A stretch of DNA of 61,458 nucleotides, filler included, from Hausera hauseri (lineage: Eukaryota): the NCBI GenBank assembly GCA_046269625.1. It is 10 parts of 10 records of this genome, joined end to end, with 100 filler letters (N's around TTAATTAATTAA, not from the genome) between each part and the next. Parts side by side here need not be neighbours in the genome. Positions count along the whole stretch, not along the records: positions 36,228 to 40,804 come from JBJURY010520680.1; positions 40,905 to 45,754 come from JBJURY010414922.1; positions 45,855 to 52,856 come from JBJURY010044444.1; 7 more parts are not named here. The stretch is one strand, 5' to 3'. How positions within the stretch are numbered: the first letter of the stretch is position 1; each line of letters opens with the position of its first letter. Both the position numbers and the translations under genes were made by a program. Below are positions 38,948 through 51,529 of the stretch, one piece after another. Under the pieces are notes generated by a model, which saw only the letters and a program-made list of their open reading frames with translations, did no database searches and was not told the DNA's origin.

Positions 38948-38965
38948 TAATGACTAATGAATGAG

Positions 38966-39970
38966 CAGTGGCGCAGCGTTTACGTTCACAAATTTAGCAG
39001 AGCTAACAAAAAGCAAAAAGGAATAAATTATATAATGTTAAATTTTTAAAAAACCGAAATTAAAAAGTCTTTTAAACGACGAGAATCTTACGGTCAGTAG
39101 GGCTCTTTGGCAAAAGGGGAAATAAACGATGTTGTTAGTCTTTCTTGGCATTTTCCACCTCGCACCCGTAGCACAACGTACGCACAGGTAGTTCTTGCTA
39201 ACGTGGCCGTGTGGGGAGAGATGCGGTATTTTTGTGAAGATCGGGAAGTCCCGTAGGTCTTTCTTTTGAAGATTAGCCGCCTCCATTTAAGCCAGTGTCA
39301 GCAGATTAAGACATGGTTACAGGTCAAAGTTCAGACGAACGGGTGTGAAATTCGCATTCTTGCAGCGTTTACAATTTGTCTTGAGGGGAAAGTGTTGTTT
39401 CTATACTGTTCCATAGGAGTTACGTAGTCACTATTTCCTTCATGAATTTTAGACCAGGCGAGTACAGAGGTAAACTATTTCTTAATTTATGTAATATCAT
39501 TAAATAATTTCAAATCGTGATGAAAGCATTGGAAATTTGTTCTTCCGTTCGCATCGAGTGCTAGAGGTACGGGGTTCGAATCCCCGTGGAAGCACTTGGG
39601 ATTTTTTTCCCTGGATCTTCTAGTAATAAATTCGCCTGATCTCTGGATGGTGACATCGGATGTCCGTGTTCATTTTCGTGCACGTTAAAAATCCCTTGGC
39701 AGTTGGAAATGGAAAAAGAGTAGGACCAACGGCCGCTGTCCGGAAAAATTCTAGGAAACATCTACTCCCAGGGCAAAAATGTAAAAATGCAATACTGCCT
39801 ATTTATCAACCCTGGTTAAATAAAGATCTTATCTTATCTATCTTATCTTATCTTATCCAGTAAAATCTTTCTTTAATGCCTTAATATATGGGTAAACAGT
39901 AGTGGATAGTGACATTGGAAGATAATATAATGTGCTAATAACACTATGAAAAATTCACGCTCCGCCACTG
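38966..39970. mobile_element. Non-autonomous hAT-type DNA transposon
   Basis: 14-bp TIRs CAGTGGCG(C/G)AGCGT and a perfect 8-bp TSD TGAATGAG (38958-38965, 39971-39978). Confidence 0.88.
39556..39857 (+). mobile_element. 5'-truncated tRNA-derived SINE, family B (Nin/Deu-like core, (TCTTA)n tail), nested in the hAT element
   Basis: B box GGTTCGAATCCC, core motif TGCACGTTAAAAATCCC, tandem TCTTA tail. Confidence 0.7.
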
Positions 39971-41026
39971 TGAATGAGTTCAGTAAAGTTCAGTTTATAT
40001 AGGTGTAACAGAAATGCAGTAATGGTAGATCTTTTAAACACTTAACTACCGATCACTTAACATCAAAGGTACGTAATTTAATGCTGTCAAACTCACCTGT
40101 GGTTTTTGTAATTCTTCCATTAATTTTAAATAATCGTCGCTCAATGTACAAATTTAATCACCGCCACCTAATGACCGTTCAATTTTGGTTCAATGTTGCA
40201 CACTCATATCGGGTATTCCCGTTAATTCCAGGTGGCACATGGCAGCTGTTGCAAGCAGAGAGACATACGGAGATTGCCAATATGTGCATTAGTTCAATCT
40301 TTGTTGTTAATAGATATGTTTTCATCCTTCCCTGTTGGCTTTTGTTTGCTCAGATGGACGAATTTTTGGAGGTAATCTTGCACACCAAGTCGCTAAATTT
40401 AGTAACAATGTCTCCCGGATATCAGTTCTTTGCCCTTGTATACACATCCGGTTTAAACTGGATTCGATTTCTGATTTTGCGCTGAGAGAGGAGAGACGCA
40501 CGTTTGTATTCTTTTGACATTTATCTATAGCTATATACGATTGTCATTCATTTTGTTCATTTTCATCCACTGTTGTAGCATTCATACTAACATTTTATTG
40601 CATTTAATTTTCACTTTATAACTAGAGTGTACCATTATTTGCTTTTTAGGCTTTATATTTATAATTGTTCATTCAAAATGTTGGCATTTGCCAAGAAATG
40701 TTTATTTTGTGCTTGTGATGATTATGTAGCAACTACTTTCGTAGGTCAAAGACAGGACTGGGAGATGATTGGAGACTTCAAAGATCAGGAGACTTTGGAA
40801 CACANNNNNNNNNNNNNNNNNNNNNNNNNNNNNNNNNNNNNNNNNNNNTTAATTAATTAANNNNNNNNNNNNNNNNNNNNNNNNNNNNNNNNNNNNNNNN
40901 NNNNTATAGAGAAGGTCTGGAGAACTTGGTCACCACAGGTAAAATACCAGGAAGTAGAAGTAGTTGACAAAAAAGAAAGAAGTGTCTGGATGGTTTGCAA
41001 GAATGGCTCGGAAGTCAATCAACTGC

Positions 41027-41400
41027 AGAGATAACTGGGGACACCAGGAATCGCGAGAAATGCAGCACGGCACCTGAAGATGAGTAGCTATGGATGAGCT
41101 ACTCATTGAAAACTTTAAGACCAGACTTAAGAAACATAGCGTACTTAGAAAACTGAACAAAGTTAACTGTGCGTTTAAAGGAAACAAAATGTTGATAAAC
41201 ACGTCAGCAGTTTGTGCAGGTAATTGGGGTTGCGGTGCATTTAGAGGCGATTAAGAACTAAAAACTAGCATTCAGTTAATGGCAGCGAGCGCAGCAGGTA
41301 GAGACATTTACTATCCCACATTTGTGATGATAAATTCAACGACGAGTTACGACAGTTTCACCATGACCTCATTGAAAAAAACGTGAATATAAAAAATGTT
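41027..41400 (+). pseudogene. Poly(ADP-ribose) glycohydrolase (PARG) catalytic-domain C-terminal part, intronless
   Basis: RDNWG...VAMDE...LRKLNKVNCAF...[38 protein letters not shown] matches PARG VAIDA...RELNKAYCGF...[26 protein letters not shown].TF. Confidence 0.88.
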
Positions 41401-43720
41401 ATACCCATAGCCAAGACCTATAATAAACATATACTTTACATAGCAGTTAATCACAAATCGTTATTTCACTTCATCATCAAGAGGCAACGCAAGAAAAACC
41501 TGAACACACAAGAAAAGAAGCCCGATCCTGATGCAGTAGAAACCACGAATACTGAGTCGCAGAGAAACCTAAAATATGTCGTGATGCCTGTGAATGAACA
41601 GAAAACAAGATCAGAAGTAATAATGAAAGTAGTAGCAATTGAAGAAGTCAAGCAGAAATTACAATAAGAAAATGAGAAAACAAATGTTAAACCCAATGAC
41701 ACGGAAGAACGATTCAAAGCCGAGATACAGATACTGGAGATACGAGTGAAAGATCTCAACGATGAAATCAAAATGTAAAAAGGGAAGTGCCAAGATGCAG
41801 CAGTCAAGAACACACGTTTAAACAAAGAATTAAAATAAGAACAAGAAACAAAAGGCAAACCCAAGAACTCAACAATATATTACAAGCAGAAATATGTACA
41901 TTACAAAGCCATGTAATGCAAATAAAACACAAACCTCAAAAAGTAGCGAATTCGAAAAAAAAAACTTAAAAATGTGGTAGCAGAATTAACTAACGAACAA
42001 CACAGACACTTGAAAACTAGTGAAAATTAAAAACTGAAATAGCAGAATACAAAAATTAAATAAAAGACAGAGTAGCTAAACTTATAGAAGAGATGATGCT
42101 GAAAGACAATGAAAATCAGACATGACAACAAGAAATACTGCCGTTACTGAAAGGAAAAGAGCAATTACTTAGAGACGTACAACACAAGTTAAATAAAACA
42201 GTCGAACTGAAGATGAGTGCACAGAACTTACAAATAAGATTGATAAACTGGAAAAGGAAATGGAGATACAAGTGCCATGGAGAAGAAATAGATTGATAAA
42301 TTTAGAAATTAGAAAAGAAAATCAACTGGCTTCAAACAGAATTACACGAAGAGGAAAGATGTCATGTAAAGAATTTAGATCTGCACATCCAGGAAATAGA
42401 TGAACTGCAACAACACCAGAAAAAGAAAATGAAAAAAACATACAAAGAGAAAAGTCGATGCCGAGATTACGAGCTGGCAATGAAAATTAATATATAAAGC
42501 CAGCAATAATGACACAAGTGACGACGGTGAGCACCACCGGCAACAAGTATAAGAAACCAAACAAATGAGAAACACACCTAAGCCAACGCAGCCACAAAAC
42601 AGAAAGCAGAATGTAGTGCAAAAGAATAATAAGGTGACAGAATCTGCAAGATAACAAAATCAAGCAACAAGCAAACAGAGAGATAATCGCCAAATTGAAG
42701 CTCTGGAAACGCACGAAACAGCGGATAGTAAAGATCCGATCCAACAAACGGGAGTTACGAAACAATATGGCAGTCAGAAAAATACAAAGCATACCTGGCG
42801 GGAATCGCTAACAAATGCTGATTTGTATTGTCCGCAACATAATGAAAGTGAAAGAAATATTAGAAAGGAGATAGCAGGCACAGCAAAAAGTCATGGTTAT
42901 GAACTCGTAATTTCGAAAAGCGTTGGAAGAAAAGATTTAGATTGATTTATTTTCGCGGAAACGGGAAATTGATAGGCTTGCGATGCAGTACTATAATGTA
43001 CATTTTAGAAGATGATGAGAAAATAGTCCATTACATAAAACCAAGAAAGTCTGCATAGGAATCAGATGTTGATAAGACAGAGGCAGAATGTTTCATATCA
43101 AAGGTACTGTTTTGCTAAGATTTATTCCAAGTATATGAGAAATCGGCTACAATACACTCTTCAAAACGCTTCATGCTCAAGTTTACGTGATACAGAAAGA
43201 AACCGAAGATTATGAATAACAATGACAACCTCTTTATAGACCGGTTCAAAAACATGCTCCAAACGATACAGGAAAATATCTTGTATCATAACATTTTTTT
43301 CAATAGAGACAGGGGCAGAACAGGAGATACACCACATAAGAAGCCAGTTGGTTCAACAACAATACCAACGTCCAAAGCTATCATGATCAAACAAGAAACA
43401 ACGAAGAAGAACACAGAGACAGAAAAAAGAAATTTGAATTAATGAGAGAGTGAAAGAAAATTATCTTTTTTGTGAAGAAAGGAGCATATTGTGATAGAAT
43501 ATGGATTAAAACTGTCAGCATAACGAAACTACTAAAGCAATAAAACCCCAAACCAGTACATCAGGTCATAACAACAACCAACTGCGCATATCTGAACTTG
43601 AGTTTAGCTAAAACTTACGAGGGGCAATAAGAAGGAAGACCAAGTTGGGAAAGACACTTGCTCGCTGACATTCGGTACTGATAGACATGTTTACGACAAA
43701 GAATGTCGCCTCTCAGTTTA
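41400..43720 (+). pseudogene. Degraded coiled-coil/Gag-like region with degenerate zinc knuckle and protease remnant
   Basis: A long purine-rich E/K/Q coiled-coil coding tract; YLFCEER(G)HIVIEY at ~43462-43503 (CX2CX4HX4C with two TGT>TAT changes and a frameshift); LLADI-GTD at ~43658-43683. Confidence 0.5.
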
Positions 43721-44285
43721 TTCCACATTGGATAACAAAGTTTAAGTTTGATGTGTAAGGTTTCCACTAGGAATTTAATTCTTGGTGATAATAATTCTGA
43801 AGAAGTCGGTGAAGAATTCAGTGTGTGGATTATCGAAAGAATTGGAGTGGAATTCAAAGTCATCTATCAAATAGTTGGTTCGAAGAATCATCTGGAGCAG
43901 TTAAATTGAGATTTCTTCTTGAATTATTGTCTATTGCAATTGGCTGAAGTGAAATATTCTTGAGGAATTATTTTTTTTATGTGAAGTTCTTAGTTACGAT
44001 TACTAAGGACATCGGAATTAAAGCAATGTTTTTCAGCAAGACACAGAAAACCGTGAATACAGTTCTTATTTATTGCATAAACATAACCTGGACTAAAGTG
44101 TAAAGAGAACTGGTAAATCCGTTGGGATAAGCCATCAACTCTGTCGGACAACTTACAAGGCAGGGCAATTCAACAAATATGGTCTCCTTAATACACGCCA
44201 ACTTTTCTCTGGCGCCAAACTCATGAAGCCTGGCAGACGGAATTGCCATTTGGTGCCGATACAGTGTCTCAGTCTCTGTTTCTTT

Positions 44286-44385
44286 CTGTATGTCTTTCTG
44301 TGTCTGTCAGCTTCTCGCAGCATCTCTCTGTGTCTGTCAGCTTCTCGCAGCGTCTCTCTGTGTCTGCCAGCTTCTCGCAGCGTCT
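44286..44385 (+). repeat. ~30-bp tandem repeat x3
   Basis: TCTCTGTGTCTG(T/C)CAGCTTCTCGCAGC repeated. Confidence 0.85.
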
Positions 44386-44490
44386 TTAAAACACTTAACT
44401 TCCAATTTATAACGATAAATATCTTTATCCCATTAGTCGGTGCTGAACACGTCATCTCATCAACTCTGGAGATAACAAAGGGTCGTGTTT

Positions 44491-44676
44491 TGTAACGTTA
44501 CCTCATACTCTTGGCCTTATTTCTGCCTGTAATTGAGAAAATAAAAAACAATCTGTGTCCACTGTTTTCCACAGCGCCATACACACGTGCACCTTTCTCT
44601 GACTAAAAAAGAAAACAATCGTTGCCTCCGCTGTTTTCTACAGCGATGTACACACATTCACCTTTAAGGTATTACA
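44491..44676. mobile_element. Possible solo LTR (TGTAA...TTACA) with an internal ~70-bp duplication
   Basis: Terminal TGTAA/TTACA inverted ends; no TSD seen. Confidence 0.3.
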
Positions 44677-45594
44677 CAATTACACTCTCTCCTTCACCTC
44701 ACATATCAAATGAACAAAACCATCATCAGACGTTTATATGTTCCAATTACAAAACCAAAAATGGATGAACAGAACACAATCCAACAGTTAATACATTTAT
44801 ATTAAAAACAGCAATCAAACAGCGTCAATTTCACATACAACAATTTCTTGTCACCAGTAAGTATACATCTTTATACAACAGCAAGCAAACTAAAAATCAA
44901 ATTGGCATTCTGCGTCATTTTCGAACACAAACATGTCATGTCGACAACACATGTACATTTTTATAAAATACAGCAGCAAATTGAAAATTAAAACATCGTA
45001 CAACAGTAATTTTGAGACAGACATAGCGTCATCAATCAAATATAGATATAACAAACAGTAATTGTTAGTAATATCAATTATCTGTACTGGGTTGTTTCGC
45101 CCCTAATATCTGTGATTAACGCCACGTTTTAAATTTCACTGCTATAAAGTATCCTGCAAGATTTGTATATAAACATATATATGTTCCTGTATTATTAAAT
45201 CTGTAAGCCAAAGTCTATATGATTACCATTACTATAAAACTCTTCATCGATAAATTCATCTCTAAATCAATGTCTATAAGGATTACCACGATTACGGTTA
45301 TATCTGGCTGATGAGATATCTGGAACATGGAAATATCTTTTGTATAAAACACAGATAAATTACTTCTCAGATCTGTTTTTAAAATGTCTGAATACAATCG
45401 ATGGTACTCTCGATCACAGGATGTAACATCTTTACTATTAATTCTGGCGTCGTTGGACTGTTGAATATCTAAAGCTCATTTATTTCTTGGCTAAGACACT
45501 GTTACATCTGTCACATGTTCTACATGGTCAACTGCTCTTTCATAGGAATTAGTGTGCCTTAAATGTCACTGGATAAATTAGTTGGATTATTAAT

Positions 45595-45754
45595 AACTTA
45601 TTTGTCTTGTCTTCTCTTGTCTTTGATCCACAGTCATCGAGCGTCAGCTCTTGTTGACTTTGATGCCAATACGTGGCACTGTGCAGTTTTAATAAGCTGT
45701 TGTGGGCTGCCATATAGGATATTGTCTATGTTAGGGTTGTCAGGTAGCAGAGTC
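45595..45754 (-). mobile_element. Possible non-LTR retrotransposon 3' end
   Basis: LLPDNPNIDNILYGSPQQLIKTA is followed by a stop and a short AAGAC-type tandem tail. Confidence 0.4.
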
Positions 45755-45854
45755 NNNNNNNNNNNNNNNNNNNNNNNNNNNNNNNNNNNNNNNNNNNNTT
45801 AATTAATTAANNNNNNNNNNNNNNNNNNNNNNNNNNNNNNNNNNNNNNNNNNNN

Positions 45855-45949
45855 GCGGTAAGGAAGGACACATAGCTAGATCATGCCCTAATCCTCAAAG
45901 CGTATCATTCTCAGAGACCACTAAGGATAGCACCATAAATGACAAATAG
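45855..45949 (+). CDS. Gag CCHC zinc knuckle (partial)
   Basis: (C)GKEGHIARSCPNP at the contig start, ending at TAG 45947-45949. Confidence 0.8.
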
Positions 45950-45982
45950 GAAGGAATCTATGGAAAACGAGGGGATATAAGC

Positions 45983-48624
45983 ATGATTATCGAAATGCAA
46001 GACCTACGAAGATATATAAGAAATATGGGCCAATCGAATAATCCACAAGTAATCAAGGCCAGGAAGGAGTACGAAGAAAAGTTGCAACTAATGGAATTCT
46101 ACCATGGACTAAGAGAACCAAAAACGGAATACGAGAATGCTATAGCACGTAGGAATACTAGCATGGCCAGAAAGAGAAACATAAATCAAGCAGCGGGAAA
46201 AGGAAAGCCGACTACGTCTTCAAGTGTGGACTTGGACGCAGATACCGAGGTTGAGTCTCAAGATAAGGACAAAACAACAGACGGGGTTGAGAGCGAATTT
46301 ATTGGCCCACTAATACTCAAGATAACGAAAAATAGGGGTACAAGCCCTTCGCATAGGAGAAGGTCGGGAACTCGTTTACAGTCCCCTTTTAAAAAACATT
46401 TAGAAAAGGAGAAAGACTTCCCTATCGTTTTAAAAGATGAAACAGAGTTAAATACTCCTGTTATAACTCAAGGTGTTCGGGAAGAAATAAATATTTCAAA
46501 TATTGATGAAATTAATGTAATATGTCCATTACCACCTAGTGAGGAGGAATCAGAAGAGGGAAAACCTATTGAGTTTGGGAGGATTAGAAAATCTTGGAAA
46601 AATGCAAACGAACTAACCGAAATAAGAGACGCACTGAATGATCCCGGAAGGCTACATGAGAGACTTCATAAACTCCAGCAGATGAGCAAACAGTTGGAGA
46701 TCTCCGGAAAAGAACAACAATTCACAGAAAAGTTATATAAAAAGCTTAAACCCAGCTCTCAGAAAAAGGAAGAAAACACACCTTACGAACTCCGAGAAAC
46801 GCCGCAAGACTTGATAGAAGGTTGGCAGAATAAATTAGAACTGTGGACGAGAAGTGGGATCGATATTACAAAAAATTTGTGGAATAGAAACGAGACGTTT
46901 CTTGATTAGGTTAATCAAGCGCAAGGCCTACTGAATGCACTAAAAGACAACCCAGAACTGAAACGCGTAGGACGTAATTTAGAAGGATTAGTATATGAAA
47001 TCGAAGAAGCGATAAATTCTTATCTTCACATCAAGCCGGTACATGAACTAACTGATGCCAATTTAGAGATTTTGGGCATAGACCCAATCGATATTCCCCA
47101 GTTAATAGCAGTGTGCAAACTGATAACAAATAACCGTCAGAAATATCCAGATTTAAAAATACGTATTGAAAAAGAAAATGAAATACGAACCAAAATCAAC
47201 AACTTTAGGAGCGGTGTAGTTCACCCGGAAAGAGTAGAAGCACAGAGAATAACACGCGCCTGTCTTCTTGAATTAGATGAGTATAAAGAAGAGTTCAACT
47301 ACCTGAAACATATAATAGAATTTGTACGAGGGGCAGATCACGAACTAAAAGAAGCTCTTGGGACACTAGACGAAATAATCTACACTAAACCGGCGATAAC
47401 CAAACAAATAAGGAAGTGGACATTCTTGTTACCTTCCATAGCAGAGATAATAAATAAGAGACCAAGAGAATTCGCTATGACTGAGCCTATAATGAGACAC
47501 CAACTGGAAGAAATGTTACTAGATATCGGTACGATGGAAGATGAAGGGAAATTTCGAATTAAATTCGAATCATTTCGAGAACTCGAATTTATGAGTAGTA
47601 ATCAAAATCAAACAACAGTAACAGAGATATATAGTATGATCGAGGAAAAGGATTTCTACAAAAAGAGAAAAAAGTTAGGTGATCTTCAGCGAAGTTTAGT
47701 GAACATCCGTTGGGAAGGGATCCAGAGACTAATGCAGAAACCGTTGAAGGAAATATTATCATAGGAAATCGAAACATTAGAAGTATGTAACGATCACCGG
47801 ATCGCTTTGGCGCAAACACTACAATATTTAAGAATCCAGCAGAATGGACACCAGGTTTCGATCTACATTGCCACACCAAGCTAACGGAAATTAGGAAGGA
47901 CCTTCAGTTGACGGGCGACGAAGCCAAGTTCATAGGCAGGCTAATAGACGTAATAGATACGGACGCCGAAGTATTAAACCAAATGCATAAATTAATCATA
48001 CTATTAACAGAAATGGCAGAAATTGACGAAATAGTAGCCAAACGACTGATAAATCGAATACGTTTGGTAAAAGAAACTCGGCTGCTCTCCGAGAAAAAAC
48101 AGCGCGAACTAAACGAATTACTGAGAGAAGCAGAAGTTTACAAGAACAAGTATTCCCTCACGGAATCTGAAATGAACGACAAAACGGAATTTATACAGAG
48201 ATGGCAAAGAGACAGGATCTTAGAGATGACCAGCTATCAGGAGAAAGCCTTGATACAACCAGAAGAAATGTGCCCAGTGATAACATTAATACAACAAGCT
48301 TGCGGAAACGGAGACGGATTTAGGGTATCCATAATGAAAACATTGCAACCGCAGATAAGAGAACTACGTGAAAGAGTCCAAGTTGGTCACGCGGCATTAA
48401 TGAACTACGGGTTACCTGACGCAGATAACGATGTCGAGTGGGATGAATACCTCCAAGGTTTAAACGAGCAAAGCCAAAGAACTTCAATACAAATTCATGA
48501 GTCATCTATTGGTACCCAGAAGACGAAATTTGACGTACAAATGCTACTTGATCCTACGTTAGCTAAAAAGGAACTGAGCAGCGTACTAAAAATAAACATA
48601 AGTGAAGATAGATTAAGGACATAG
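45983..48624 (+). pseudogene. Large unknown charged/helical protein region of the retroelement (ORFs 45983-46909, 47072-47764, 47908-48624)
   Basis: Long ORFs; the first two are in frame with the zinc knuckle; no recognisable family. Confidence 0.65.
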
Positions 48625-48732
48625 ATTCCAACCTTGACTAAGCTATCCAGTGAAAACACCGCATACAGCGCGGTCCCCAAGCTCCTAATAAGAGAATACG
48701 CCAAACGATTGAGAAATAAATCGGTAGCGGAA

Positions 48733-48954
48733 ATTAAAGTGAAAGTATCATCCGAATGGATGGACGTCGAGGAATTTGAGTGCACTACCTCTACCACAGT
48801 TGCGGATATAAGACAGCGGATAATGTATAAGGATGGTAGGGAAGGAGTTAATTATCGACTCTATTTCAGGGCCAGGATATTAAACGAGTTAGAATCTTTA
48901 ATAGACGTGGGGATTATACCCCTCGAAGAAAATCGAATAATAGCAATAATTGTT
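48733..48954 (+). CDS. Ubiquitin-like domain within ORF 48634-49401
   Basis: IKVKV...EFECTTSTTVADIRQRIMYKDG....YRLYFRARILNELESLIDVGI aligns with ubiquitin IFVK...[21 protein letters not shown]....[21 protein letters not shown]; no C-terminal GG. Confidence 0.75.
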
Positions 48955-49652
48955 AGTGAGCAAATCAAAGACGAAGCTTTGAGAAGGGCAGATACAGAGA
49001 ATTGCGTTAGAAGAGTCATGGGGATTCAGGATGCCGCAATGTATTTCGAGTACTTACAGACTGATGATGACAAACTGCAATACGATAGGAACTTAGTCCC
49101 CATAAGTGAAACCTTGCTACCAATGAAATCGAAACGACTAGTCGGAACACCAAAGAAAATAAAAAAAAGGGACTATAATGCAGACCTGATTAGGGAATTG
49201 AGACAACTATCCGCACCAACCCCGAGTTCAGATAACGAAGAACTAATTGAGCTAATGAAAGATCTAATAAGGATAATCAATTATACCGGACTCCAAGGCG
49301 ACATATTAGCCGAAAAAGAAAGACTAATATATAATATAGCCCGGACGATGAAGACTTTACGATTTAAATTATCTAAAAGCGCCCTCCCGATGAAACAGTA
49401 ATTGATAGAATTCTGATAGACAATACGATGGAAGAATTATGGAAAGTCTTGATATATTTAGCAATAGGAACTAACCTATTCCGGAACAACGATTTCGACA
49501 AGACAATTGGACTAACTAGAAAAGCTGCTAGAAGGGTACCTAAAGAAATAAAATGGACTAAATTATTCGAAAAAGAGGTCAATGCAAAAGGGACTAATAA
49601 CTTAGAGCACATGATACGAAATATCTCCCCGAACAAAGGGAACGAATCCAAT

Positions 49653-51529
49653 TGGTTAATCAACTTGCTGACGATAATGATGCTAGTAAAACAGGTAGGA
49701 GCAGTCACCATATACGACTGTGACAAATTCAAGGTGGGTCAGAAATATCCCTTGATGGACTTGGAAACATGTGAGGATGAGACCCCATAAGCTCGAGACA
49801 ATAAAAAAAAAATATACACTATATCAACAGTGCGAATTAATCGTAATGGATGATACGGAGATCCAGCAGCATATTTCATTGTGGTAATATGCACGGCCAT
49901 TCTTCAATAATCAAACCAATCACACCATTGATCCCGATGAATGTGGACAGACAACACTGTTTAGGAGCCCGGATAACCGGTAAAATGGTTTGGGACGTTA
50001 TAGAATTAGAAGCCCAAAAAGGAAAGATAATTAGAGCTTACAAAGTGGCAGTAGGAAAATTAAACATGCACACCGGTTACTGCGTCGGAGCGGAATATGA
50101 CACTGGAAAAGGAAAAGAAGGAGGGGTAGTAGTCGTAGATTTTTATGAAACCGAGTTAAGATCCCTAAAGCGATGTTTCATAATGTTACCAAACTATTCA
50201 TTGAAAATCAAAAATGTCACATTCAAGATGGTGCTTGCACGTTCCAAAGTTCAGTCGTTGTATGGAGTCCACCTTCCAAGAGAGATTATAATTTCATCAA
50301 AATCAAAGAGTTAAAGTTCAATGAGACCACCGGAAAACGTTATTCAAAGAAATTACACACAAATACCAGATCAAGGGAAGACGTAATAGAACATCCCACA
50401 CCAACTATATTGATATCGGATGCGCACGGGTTAAAGTTTATTAGAAAAGATATGTTAACATGTTGTGATGTAGTTATGTATGCCACTAACTACAAAGCGT
50501 TTTTCATAGCGGAAACGGAAATCGACATGAAAACGTATGATATGAAAACATAAGATATGCGGATCGAGGATTACCTCAAAAATCGAGACGACTATTTTTA
50601 TTATAATGGACAGACCGGAATAGCGGAGCTATACCACAAGATGATAACAAATAACTGCAGATTAGATACTGAAGTCATGAGGACCAAACTGGATTTAATT
50701 TATGCCAACCCAGAATTGGCATCACCAATTATACCAGTGAAAGAAGGTGTCTTCAGGCGAGTTACCGGTGACGTCCTATTAACTTACGAATATGAAAAAA
50801 GAGATGTGCTGATAAATGTAGAAGAAAAAAGATGAATGCAAGAATTACACTTAATCTTTGAGAATATGCCAAGGCTAGCGATGCCTCTCACCAGGGTATT
50901 ACTGGCAAACTCAACCGAACCAACGATATTAAAGGAATGTAAAACGAGCTTAGGTGAACCCATGGTCCGACGCAGTGGAACCGACTGGATAAGTTTACTT
51001 AATGGAGGCGCAGCTGCAGCCCCTAGTAAGCTAACCGGGACAAATCTAATCAAAGGATTATCGAAGGATAAGTTCGAGGACACGGCCAATAAAGGAATTT
51101 ATAGACAAAAAGACAGAAGCTTTTAGGCAATTCTTATTTCCACAACAGCGAACTTATGAACTGAATAGGACCATGTCAATGGTCATGGACGACACCCGCT
51201 TTCAATCGAAACGGGAGTCGTTGCTCGGTGCTAATCACTATCAAAAAGTAACTTCAGAGATATTGTGTAAGATTTGGGGAAGATTTTTGATTTTCGGACA
51301 AGTCGCATCTGTATTCCTAGCTATTTACTTTTTAGTCCAGTTAATTAAGGCAGTAATCCAAGCCATTATAAACGGATATAAAATATTCACATTAACAGGA
51401 TTCTCCTGCAAAATTTTGACTGCAATTATCACGCCCTTTGGAAAGATACTTAAGACATACGAAGAAAATCAATGGAAAAATGACGTGGAACGCCACGTCG
51501 GGTACTATAATCGCAAACGACGAGGGTGA
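49653..51529 (+). pseudogene. Chuvirus (Jingchuvirales)-like class III fusion glycoprotein with signal peptide and TM anchor, frameshifted
   Basis: Signal WLINLLTIMMLVKQVGA|VTIYDC...LMDLETC; IFHCGNMHGHSS; GYCVGAEY...VVV; C..GAC...W; CDVVMYATNY.AFFI.E; LYHKMITNNC.L; GDV; PLTRVL; GIY.QKD; IWGRFLIFG...LIKAVIQAIINGY. The motifs follow the conserved order of chuvirus-type G proteins. Confidence 0.85.
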
